Below, piece after piece: positions 7,185 to 14,799 of a DNA stretch of 24,000 bases (position 1 is the stretch's first letter; each line of letters starts with the position of its first letter). The notes under the pieces were generated by a model that did not search any database, was not told the origin of the DNA, and saw only the letters and a list, made by a program, of their open reading frames with translations. Location of the stretch: positions 24,811-48,810 of the forward strand of contig CAZUQA010000036.1 of assembly GCA_964622375.1 (NCBI GenBank), read 5' to 3'. The stretch comes from an uncultured Erysipelotrichaceae bacterium (GTDB taxonomy: Bacteria > Bacillota_I > Bacilli_A > Erysipelotrichales > Erysipelotrichaceae). Both the position numbers and the translations under genes were made by a program.

Positions 7185-8004
7185 TCATATCATTGAATTT
7201 TCTAATGTTGATGGCCCGGGAAATCGCCTGGCCATCTTTTTTCAGTCTTGTTGTTTTAAGTGTCTGTATTGTCACAATCCTGAGACGATTAGGCTCTGCG
7301 ATAATTGTGGCGACTGTATCGCCGCTTGTCCAAAGTCAGCCTTAAGTTTAGTTGACGGCCTTATCAAACATGATGAAAAAAGTTGTGTACGTTGTGACGC
7401 GTGCATTTTAGCTTGCGAAAAGCTAGCTGATCCTCGGGTCAAAAATTATGAACTGTCGGAGGTGTTAGAGATAATTAAGGCCAATAAAGATTATATTCGC
7501 GGGATAACGGTAAGCGGTGGCGAGCCGTTGTTGTATTGTGAGTTTATCACGGCTTTGTTTAAAGAAACCCAAGCTTTAGGTTTGACTTGTCTGTTGGATA
7601 CTAACGGTAACTACGACTTCATCCAACTACAAGAGCTGTTGTTGTATTGCGATGGGGTGATGTTGGATGTCAAAGGCGTCGCTGATGAGTATCACCGGTT
7701 TTTGACCGCTTGTACTAACGAAAGAGTACTAAAGAGTTTGGATTATCTGTTGGAAATAGCTAAATTATATGAAGTGAGAACGGTCTTACTTCCGGGACAA
7801 ATAGAGCAAAATAAAGAAACCATACGCTATGTTGTGGCAAAATTGAACAATCGTTGTCGCTATAAGTTGATTAAATATCGGCCCTATGGTGTCAGAGAAG
7901 CCGGGCTACAAACTTATGGTAAGCAGGTGCTTAATGAAGCAGAATTTACCGAATTGGTAGATTATGCCAAGTCCTTAAATGCGGAGAATTTGGTATTAAT
8001 TTAG
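7168..8004 (+). CDS. yjjW: Glycyl-radical enzyme activating protein (radical SAM, YjjW-like)
   Basis: NVDGPGNRLAIFFQSCCFKCLYCHNPE carries CX3CX2C. Two ferredoxin-type clusters follow: CDNCGDCIAACP and CVRCDACILACE. GGEPLL is present. It overlaps yjjI by 17 nt. Confidence 0.9.
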   Translation: MKAVINHIIEFSNVDGPGNRLAIFFQSCCFKCLYCHNPETIRLCDNCGDCIAACPKSALSLVDGLIKHDEKSCVRCDACILACEKLADPRVKNYELSEVLEIIKANKDYIRGITVSGGEPLLYCEFITALFKETQALGLTCLLDTNGNYDFIQLQELLLYCDGVMLDVKGVADEYHRFLTACTNERVLKSLDYLLEIAKLYEVRTVLLPGQIEQNKETIRYVVAKLNNRCRYKLIKYRPYGVREAGLQTYGKQVLNEAEFTELVDYAKSLNAENLVLI

Positions 8005-8060
8005 TATCAAAATTAGGATTGTAAGTCATTGTGTGAAATCGCTTTTTATGAGTAATCTCA

Positions 8061-8089
8061 TTGACGGAAGAGCCTATTATTGATAGAAT
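8061..8089 (+). promoter_or_regulatory. Sigma-A-type promoter: -35 TTGACG, 17-nt spacer, extended -10 TGATAGAAT
   Basis: TTGACG at 8061-8066 and TGnTAGAAT at 8081-8089. This is the best consensus promoter in the window. It lies 39 nt upstream of the BMP lipoprotein ATG. Confidence 0.65.
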
Positions 8090-8094
8090 TAGGT

Positions 8095-8108
8095 TGACTT
8101 AAAAGTCA
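8095..8108. promoter_or_regulatory. Perfect palindrome TGACTT-AA-AAGTCA at the predicted transcription start; candidate operator
   Basis: 6-bp arms with a 2-nt centre, starting 6 nt after the -10 and ending 7 nt before the RBS (GGAGG 8116-8120). Confidence 0.35.
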
Positions 8109-8127
8109 CTTAAATGGAGGAGAAATA

Positions 8128-9177
8128 ATGAAAAAGGTTTTTGCTTTGTTATTGGTACTCGCCTTGGTTCTGGGAGCTGTTGGTTGTAAAAAAGAAGAAG
8201 CTGGCGGAAAAATAACAATAGGATTCGTTACCGACGTTGGCGGGATAAATGATAAATCATTTAACCAATCTAGTTGGGAAGGAATTGTTAAGTTCGGAAC
8301 AGAAAACGGTTTGGCAGTTGATAAAGAAATCAAATTCATCCAATCAGCAACTGATGCTGACTTAGTACCTAACTTGACGATTTTAGCTGAAGAAGGTTTC
8401 GAATTGATTATTGGTGCCGGATACAAATTCGAAGGTGCTGTAAAAGAAGTATCGGAAAAATATCCTAACCAAAAAATGCTGATTATTGATGTCGGCGGCT
8501 TAGAAGGAGCCAATGTTCAACAAGCTGTTTTTGCGGAGCACGAAGGATCTTTCTTGGTGGGTGTTGTTGCCGGTATGGCAGCCAAAGAAAAAGGGCATAA
8601 GAAAGTTGGTTACATTGTAGGGTTTGAAGGTGGAATCATGGAAAAATTCTTTGCCGGTTTCGAAGCTGGTGTCAAAGAAGTTTATCCAGAATGTGAAATT
8701 CTCTATGAAGTTGCTTATAGCTTCAATGATGACTCAATCGGTAAAACTATTGCCACTAAAATGTACAATTCCGGAGCTTACATAATTTATCATGCTGCCG
8801 GTGGAACGGGATTTGGCGTTATTACCGAAGCCGCAGAACGTCGTAAGAATGGTCAAGATGTTTGGGCAATTGGTGTCGATTCTGACCAATATCCTTATGG
8901 TTTCTATGATGATGCTAAAACTAAATCATCAGTATTAACTTCGATGTTGAAGAGAGTTGATGTTGCTGCTTACAATGCTTGTAAAGAGGTTAAAGATGGA
9001 ACTTTCAAGGGTGGTACTGTTGTTTATAATTTAGCTAAGAATGGTGTTGGTATTCCTACAGAAAACCCGAACTTTAAAGAATTTACTTCGGATTTCGATA
9101 CCGCACTCAAAACTTATACCGAAAAAATCATTAAGGGCGAGATTGTAGTTCCTGAGATCAGCCCCAGCAGAAAATAA
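8128..9177 (+). CDS. BMP-family (PnrA/TmpC/NupN-like) ABC substrate-binding lipoprotein, probably nucleoside-binding
   Basis: Signal peptide with lipobox LGAVGC. The family block is GFVTDVGGINDKSFNQSSWEG. It is followed by a duplicated-ATPase gene and two permease genes, as in B. subtilis nupNOPQ. Confidence 0.9.
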   Translation: MKKVFALLLVLALVLGAVGCKKEEAGGKITIGFVTDVGGINDKSFNQSSWEGIVKFGTENGLAVDKEIKFIQSATDADLVPNLTILAEEGFELIIGAGYKFEGAVKEVSEKYPNQKMLIIDVGGLEGANVQQAVFAEHEGSFLVGVVAGMAAKEKGHKKVGYIVGFEGGIMEKFFAGFEAGVKEVYPECEILYEVAYSFNDDSIGKTIATKMYNSGAYIIYHAAGGTGFGVITEAAERRKNGQDVWAIGVDSDQYPYGFYDDAKTKSSVLTSMLKRVDVAAYNACKEVKDGTFKGGTVVYNLAKNGVGIPTENPNFKEFTSDFDTALKTYTEKIIKGEIVVPEISPSRK

Positions 9178-9205
9178 GCTAGATTTAGCTGTAAATTATT
9201 AAGTG

Positions 9206-9239
9206 AAAGCTCTGTATTGAACAGAGCTTTTTTTGTTTT
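9206..9239 (+). terminator. Intra-operon hairpin and T-run: AAAGCTCTGT-ATTGA-ACAGAGCTTT then TTTTGTTTT
   Basis: A perfect 10-bp stem (9206-9215 / 9221-9230) with a 5-nt loop and a T tract. It lies between the binding-protein and ATPase genes. Confidence 0.8.
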
Positions 9240-9284
9240 AAATAGTCCCTTTTATGAGTATAATATTAACAAAAGGGGCAGAAT

Positions 9285-10817
9285 ATGATATATGCAATAG
9301 AGATGCTCAATATCACTAAAGATTTTCCGGGGATACGAGCAAATGATAATGTTACTCTAAGAATTGAAAAGGGGAAAATTCACGCAATATTGGGAGAGAA
9401 TGGTGCCGGCAAATCGACTATCATGTCCATACTTTTTGGTTTATATCAACCATCCAGTGGCAGAATTATAGTTAATGGCAAGGAAGTTGTCGTCAGCAAT
9501 CCCAATGTGGCAAACAACCTGGGAATCGGGATGGTCCATCAACACTTTAAGTTGATTGAAAACTACACAGTAACGGAGAATATAATCTTGGGTTCCGAGC
9601 CAAGAACGGTTTTTCACACAATCAATATGAAGAAAGCCATTGCCCGGGTTAAAGAAATATCCGAGAAGTATGGGCTGAATGTTGATCCGACAGCTAAAAT
9701 CCAAGATATTGGCGTTGGCATGCAACAACGGGTGGAAATATTGAAGATGCTTTATCGGGATTCCGATATTCTGATTTTCGATGAACCCACGGCGGTATTG
9801 ACGCCGCAAGAAATCCATGAATTGATGGATATCATGAAGAGTATGGCCGCCGAAGGTAAGACCATTCTGCTAATTACCCATAAGCTCAACGAAATCAAAG
9901 AGGTGGCAGATATCTGTTCGGTTTTACGTAAAGGGAAACTCGTAGGAACGGTTAAGGTCAAAGATATCAATGAAGCGCAGATGGCGGAAATGATGGTTGG
10001 GCGCAAGATAAATTTTGAACTGGATAAAAACGACATCAAGCTGGGAAATGTTGTCTTGTCAATAAAGAATCTGAATGTGAAAAATGCTGTTGGTTTACTG
10101 GCAGTGAAAGACTTCTCCTTAGAAGTTCGCGGTGGGGAGATTGTCGGTCTAGCTGGCATCGACGGCAATGGACAAACCGAGTTGGTATATGCCTTGACTG
10201 GTCTGCGCAAGATTGAATCAGGGACAATCGAGCTAAACGGTGAGGATATTACGACCGTACCCACCAAAAAACGGCTGGCTAAAGGGATGTCTCATGTACC
10301 GGAAGACCGCCATCGCCACGGTTTAGTATTAGATTTTACTTTAGAAAACAACTTCATTATTCATAACTATGATGAAAATCCTTACAGCAAAAGCGGCATT
10401 CTTCAGCCTTCCATTATTAGTAAACACGCCGATGATTTGATTATGCAGTTTGATATCCGCAGCGGACAAGGAAGAGAATCGATAACCAGAACGATGTCGG
10501 GGGGGAATCAACAAAAAGCAATAATCGCCCGAGAGATCGATCGTTCATCGGATTTACTGGTTGTTGTACAACCGACCAGAGGTCTGGATGTCGGCGCTAT
10601 CGAATACATTCACGGTAGAATACTACAGGAACGCGATGCCGGGAAAGCTATACTTTTAGTGTCTTTGGAGCTTGATGAGGTTATGCAACTATCGGATCGC
10701 ATCGCCGTTATTCACAAAGGACAATTAACCGGTTTGATGGCTGGGGCAGGTGCTGATGAAAATGAAATTGGCTTAATGATGTCCGGGGCTTTGAGAAAAA
10801 TCGCAGGTGAATTATGA
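9285..10817 (+). CDS. ABC transporter ATP-binding protein with two fused ATPase domains (NupO/RbsA-type)
   Basis: Walker A is GENGAGKST. The first signature region and ILIFDEPTAVL are present. The second half has MSGGNQQK and a second Walker B-like LLVVVQPTRGLD. At 510 aa it has the typical length. Confidence 0.95.
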   Translation: MIYAIEMLNITKDFPGIRANDNVTLRIEKGKIHAILGENGAGKSTIMSILFGLYQPSSGRIIVNGKEVVVSNPNVANNLGIGMVHQHFKLIENYTVTENIILGSEPRTVFHTINMKKAIARVKEISEKYGLNVDPTAKIQDIGVGMQQRVEILKMLYRDSDILIFDEPTAVLTPQEIHELMDIMKSMAAEGKTILLITHKLNEIKEVADICSVLRKGKLVGTVKVKDINEAQMAEMMVGRKINFELDKNDIKLGNVVLSIKNLNVKNAVGLLAVKDFSLEVRGGEIVGLAGIDGNGQTELVYALTGLRKIESGTIELNGEDITTVPTKKRLAKGMSHVPEDRHRHGLVLDFTLENNFIIHNYDENPYSKSGILQPSIISKHADDLIMQFDIRSGQGRESITRTMSGGNQQKAIIAREIDRSSDLLVVVQPTRGLDVGAIEYIHGRILQERDAGKAILLVSLELDEVMQLSDRIAVIHKGQLTGLMAGAGADENEIGLMMSGALRKIAGEL

Positions 10818-11917
10818 AAAAGAATAAAGCAATGATGGTATCGCTAGTAGCGGTTTTGTTAGGCTTGATGTTAGGTTTTGTTGTCGCGATATTGACTGGT
10901 AGGAATCCTCTGAATATGCTGTATGCCATACTGCGATCGCTTACCGGTTTTGATTTTTCCAAATCACGCCTTACTTTCAATGTAATATTTATCTTAAACT
11001 GGTTTGTTGACTGTGTGCCTTTAATCCTTACCGGTTTATCAGTCGCTTTTGCTTATCGCACCGGTTTATTTAATATCGGTGCCGAAGGGCAATACATGAT
11101 CGGCTCAACGGTGGCAGCTGCTGTAGCTTTATATGTTAAAGCCCCACCGCTTATTCATGTGACGCTTTGTATCCTGGCTGCCATGTTAGCCGGAGCCCTT
11201 TGGGGAGCGATTCCCGGTTTATTAAAAGCGACACGGAATATCCATGAAGTTGTTATTTGTATAATGATGAATTACATCGGTTGGTATGTGTCAAACTGGT
11301 TGGTACGGGGTTACATGCCGATTTATAAAGTGACCAATGATCGGACGATCGAAATTCCTTCAACCGCCAGAATCGAACGCGTCTTCGCTAACTCACCCTC
11401 GCAGTTTAACTGGGGCTTTGTCGTAGTGATAATTGCCATTATTCTTTTTTGGTTTATTATCGAAAAGACAACTTTTGGTTATTCTTTAAAGGCGACGGGC
11501 TTTAATAAAGATGCAGCGAATTTTGCCGGTATGAAAGTTAAGCGGAATATTGTTTACTCCATGATGATTTCCGGAGCGATAGCTGGTAGTGTTGGCGCTT
11601 TACTGATATTAGGGATTTTTAGGTATGGCCGGATATTTACCATGTTTGACAACTATGGTTTTACCGGGATACCGGTAGCTTTAGTCGGTGCCGCTAATGC
11701 CTGGGGTGTAGCCTTAGCCGGGATGCTGTTTGGCTTGCTAAAAGCTTGTAGTAACAGCTTCCAACTATTTGGTATACCGAAGGAAATATCAGAGTTAATT
11801 CAAGCTTCCATAATATTCTTAGTGGCTATTCAATACGGCATTATTTATGTTCTTGACAAACTAAAGAAGAACAAGAATGAAGTAGTTGAAGTGCTAGGGG
11901 AAGGAGAACGCGACTGA
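10814..11917 (+). CDS. ABC transporter permease (NupP-like)
   Basis: A polytopic hydrophobic protein whose ATG overlaps the upstream stop (ATGA at 10814-10817). It has the typical BMP-system permease size of 367 aa. Confidence 0.9.
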   Translation: MKKNKAMMVSLVAVLLGLMLGFVVAILTGRNPLNMLYAILRSLTGFDFSKSRLTFNVIFILNWFVDCVPLILTGLSVAFAYRTGLFNIGAEGQYMIGSTVAAAVALYVKAPPLIHVTLCILAAMLAGALWGAIPGLLKATRNIHEVVICIMMNYIGWYVSNWLVRGYMPIYKVTNDRTIEIPSTARIERVFANSPSQFNWGFVVVIIAIILFWFIIEKTTFGYSLKATGFNKDAANFAGMKVKRNIVYSMMISGAIAGSVGALLILGIFRYGRIFTMFDNYGFTGIPVALVGAANAWGVALAGMLFGLLKACSNSFQLFGIPKEISELIQASIIFLVAIQYGIIYVLDKLKKNKNEVVEVLGEGERD

Positions 11918-12873
11918 TGAAACTGATTATCGAAATGTGTCCGATTGCTTTAATACTGGCAACCCCGCTAATCATCGCCGGTTTAGGCGGCTTTTGGGCG
12001 GAACGCTCCGGCGTCGTAAACATTGCCTTGGAGGGTATTATGGTGATGGGTGGTTTTGCCGGAGCCGGTTTCTTATATGTTTTTAGTGTAGGCAAAGTAC
12101 CGGGGGCGCTTTGGCTTTCCTTGTTATTGGCGATTGTTGTCGGCATGATTTTTAGCACTTTGTTGGGATTTGCCGCTATCCACATGAAGTCGGATCAGAC
12201 TATTACCGGAACTTCACTTAACATTATGGCTGGCGGTTTGGCAATTTATCTCTGCGAAATCATCTTTGGCGCAAAAAATACACCGGCGTATTCTTTAAAT
12301 GCGGCTTTTAATCGGATTTCTGTACCTGTTCTTAAAGATATTCCCGTCGTCGGTGAGATACTTTTCACCGACAACTATCCGACTTTATATATCGCTGTTG
12401 GCTTGGTATTGTTGACCTGGTTTGTCGCATACAAGACACCGTTTGGCATTCATTTGCGTTCTTGCGGTGAATATCCGCAAGCTAGTGCTTCTATGGGGAT
12501 TTCTGTCACCAAGATGCGTTGGATCGGGGTAATCCTTTCCGGGGCGCTGGCTAGTTTCGCCGGAGCGGTTTCTGTGATCACAAACTCCCAAAGTTTCTAT
12601 GCCGGGTCCATTCATGGGTTAGGTTTTATTGCGATTGCCACTTTGATTTTTGGCCGCTGGAATCCTTGGGGAATTTTGGGGGCGGGGTTGTTCTTTGGCT
12701 TTTCACAAACCCTGGGCTACTATTCGACGACTATACCGTTCTTTCTTAGTTGGCCGGGTGAGTTTTTTGCGGCTTTTCCCTATATCACGACCGTGATAGT
12801 GTTAATCCTTACCAGCGGTAAAACGGTTGGTCCGAAAGCTGCCGGCCAAATTTACGACGCCGGTAAACGTTAG
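11917..12873 (+). CDS. ABC transporter permease (NupQ-like)
   Basis: A polytopic hydrophobic protein with a TGATG one-base overlap with the upstream gene. 318 aa. Confidence 0.9.
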   Translation: MKLIIEMCPIALILATPLIIAGLGGFWAERSGVVNIALEGIMVMGGFAGAGFLYVFSVGKVPGALWLSLLLAIVVGMIFSTLLGFAAIHMKSDQTITGTSLNIMAGGLAIYLCEIIFGAKNTPAYSLNAAFNRISVPVLKDIPVVGEILFTDNYPTLYIAVGLVLLTWFVAYKTPFGIHLRSCGEYPQASASMGISVTKMRWIGVILSGALASFAGAVSVITNSQSFYAGSIHGLGFIAIATLIFGRWNPWGILGAGLFFGFSQTLGYYSTTIPFFLSWPGEFFAAFPYITTVIVLILTSGKTVGPKAAGQIYDAGKR

Positions 12874-12908
12874 GGATAATAGAGTATGACGATAAAAGGA
12901 GACCAGTG

Positions 12909-13715
12909 ATGGACAATGCGGAAAAGATCAAACTAGGTCGTCAATTCACCAAATTCGATGATGATCCCGCTTATAAATCTGATCAGGAGTTGAATTTACC
13001 ACAACCGCCTTTAGTGAAAGCGGCGATGACAAAAAATCAAATTGATTTACCCATGAACTTTGAGGATTTAAACCTCAACAATGACGTGCTTTCCCTGCTC
13101 TATAATCGGGAAAGCCATCGCATTTACAGTCAAAAAGAAATGAGCTTATTGGAGCTGTCTTTCTTATTGTGGGCTACTCAGGGCATCAAGGAAATACGTG
13201 GTAACAACTATGCGACCATTAGAACCGTACCCTGTGGCGGTGCCCGCCATGAGTTTGAGACTTACCTGATAGTAAAAAACATTAAAGGATTAGTACGTGG
13301 TATTTATCATTATTTACCAATGGAAGATGCCATTGAATTACTACAAGAGCTAGAAGATACCGACAAAAAGGTAAGTGAAGCTCTGATGGGTCAAGCTTGG
13401 GCCAGTAAAGCCAATGTCGTATTTTTGTGGTCTTTGGTGCCTTATCGTGCTGAGTGGCGCTATGGGATTTTTGCCCATCGGGTGATGATGATGGACATCG
13501 GCCATGTTGGGGAGAACCTCTATTTAGCTTGCGAGGCTTTAGGTTTAGGAACCTGTGGGGTTGGGGCTTTTGATCGAACTGTTTGTGATGGCCTTATCGG
13601 CTTAGAGGGGACAGAAGAGTATACGGTATACGCCTCGCCGGTAGGAACCATCAACAAAAGTGCTAAAGAAAAAACAGCGCTGTCTCTCAAACAGAAAAGA
13701 CAAACGCTGGAGTAG
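12909..13715 (+). CDS. SagB/ThcOx-type nitroreductase-family dehydrogenase (stand-alone)
   Basis: RTVPCGGARHEFETYL, IYHYLP and the GLGTCGVGAFD blocks are typical of SagB-type FMN dehydrogenases. AAGGAG at 12896-12901 favours ATG 12909 over the listed GTG 12906. Confidence 0.8.
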   Translation: MDNAEKIKLGRQFTKFDDDPAYKSDQELNLPQPPLVKAAMTKNQIDLPMNFEDLNLNNDVLSLLYNRESHRIYSQKEMSLLELSFLLWATQGIKEIRGNNYATIRTVPCGGARHEFETYLIVKNIKGLVRGIYHYLPMEDAIELLQELEDTDKKVSEALMGQAWASKANVVFLWSLVPYRAEWRYGIFAHRVMMMDIGHVGENLYLACEALGLGTCGVGAFDRTVCDGLIGLEGTEEYTVYASPVGTINKSAKEKTALSLKQKRQTLE

Positions 13716-13732
13716 AGATAAATATTACAATT

Positions 13733-13760
13733 GAAGACTAGACTAAGTCTTCTTTTTTTA
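13733..13760 (+). terminator. Hairpin GAAGACT-AGACTA-AGTCTTC followed by TTTTTTTA
   Basis: A 7-bp stem (13733-13739 / 13746-13752) and a T7 run. It overlaps the last codons and stop (13738-13740) of the convergent minus-strand gene. Confidence 0.7.
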
Positions 13761-14301
13761 AGGCGAAGATGGTAGTTATATTTTTCTGGATTTTTTTTGA
13801 AATAATGTTGATGATCAGCTCTTCAATAGCCGAGATTAAACCGACGGCTGCTAAATAGATAGTCGGCAGCTTGAAGTCAAAAATGAAGCACAAAAAAGGA
13901 AAACAGAAAACCGAGAAACCGGCTAATTTATTAGCGTAGGAGTGGAGAAAAGCAAATTCCTGGAATTTAATGTAGCCGACAAGTAAAGAGGCTAAACGGA
14001 TGACTACCACAATGGCAATAGCGGCTATCAACCAGGCTTGCCAATCGAGGTAGGGATAAACGACAATAAAGACAATTGCGAAAAATGTTAAGTCAGCGAT
14101 ACTGTCCAGTGTAGCGCCAAAGTGACTGATGACATTGAAACGTCGCGCTAAATAGCCATCTAAAAGATCACTGGCACCGGCTAAAGCGTAGACAACAAAG
14201 AAAACTAATGAAAACGGTGGCAGAAACAAAAGAAAGAGCGCACAAATGACCCTTATTCCGGTTACTAGATTGGGTAAACTACTTTTGAAATTCCTGCTCA
14301 T
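13738..14301 (-). CDS. CDP-alcohol phosphatidyltransferase family protein (PgsA-like size)
   Basis: The family signature D-G-x2-A-R-x8-G-x3-D-x3-D is present as DGYLARRFNVISHFGATLDSIAD. 187 aa with multiple TM helices. Confidence 0.85.
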   Translation of the reverse strand: MSRNFKSSLPNLVTGIRVICALFLLFLPPFSLVFFVVYALAGASDLLDGYLARRFNVISHFGATLDSIADLTFFAIVFIVVYPYLDWQAWLIAAIAIVVVIRLASLLVGYIKFQEFAFLHSYANKLAGFSVFCFPFLCFIFDFKLPTIYLAAVGLISAIEELIINIISKKIQKNITTIFALKKEDLV

Positions 14302-14421
14302 TGTTTGCGCTCCTAAAGAACTGCTTTATTGTTGGACTAATTATACTACTATTATTAGGGCGATTATCTCACATTTATCAGACAATTAAAAGTCGTTGTA
14401 AGTTTTCATTAAGGCTTTAGC

Positions 14422-14450
14422 TTGCGTTAAAAATGAATATTGCTTATAAT
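14422..14450 (+). promoter_or_regulatory. Promoter: -35 TTGCGT, 17-nt spacer, -10 TATAAT
   Basis: TTGCGT at 14422-14427 and TATAAT at 14445-14450, 22 nt upstream of ATG 14473. Confidence 0.5.
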
Positions 14451-14472
14451 GGGCTTACTTTAAGGAAAAGCT

Positions 14473-14769
14473 ATGGCGAAAAATTCTCGGAGACTGAAAA
14501 TCGGCAATATCTTGGTAACCTTGGTCGTCTTGACTATATCAGGGTATTTTCTCTATCAAGCCGGTAGTGACATCGTATCGACGCTTAAACTGACCAGCCA
14601 GGTTAAAGACAGTCAGAAACAAATTGAACTACTGGAAGAAGAGAATAAAATGTTAATTAACCAGAAAAATAAACTACAGGACCCGGAGTACATAAAAAGT
14701 TATGCTCGGGGGGCTTACATGTTATCGAAGAATGGGGAACAGATATTCCACATCCGCGGTGATGAATAA
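14473..14769 (+). CDS. Septum-formation initiator family protein (FtsB/DivIC-like)
   Basis: 98 aa with an N-terminal TM anchor, a coiled-coil segment (QIELLEEENKMLINQKNKLQ), and the DPEYIKSYARGAYMLSKNGEQIF block typical of this family. Confidence 0.8.
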   Translation: MAKNSRRLKIGNILVTLVVLTISGYFLYQAGSDIVSTLKLTSQVKDSQKQIELLEEENKMLINQKNKLQDPEYIKSYARGAYMLSKNGEQIFHIRGDE

Positions 14770-14771
14770 AG

Positions 14772-14799
14772 AAAGACTTGAGTAAAGTCTTTTTATTTG
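14772..14799. terminator. Bidirectional terminator hairpin AAAGACTT-GAGTA-AAGTCTTT between convergent genes
   Basis: An 8-bp stem (14772-14779 / 14785-14792), followed by TTATTT on the + strand and preceded by an A-rich tract. The minus-strand gene's stop is at 14793-14795. Confidence 0.7.
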
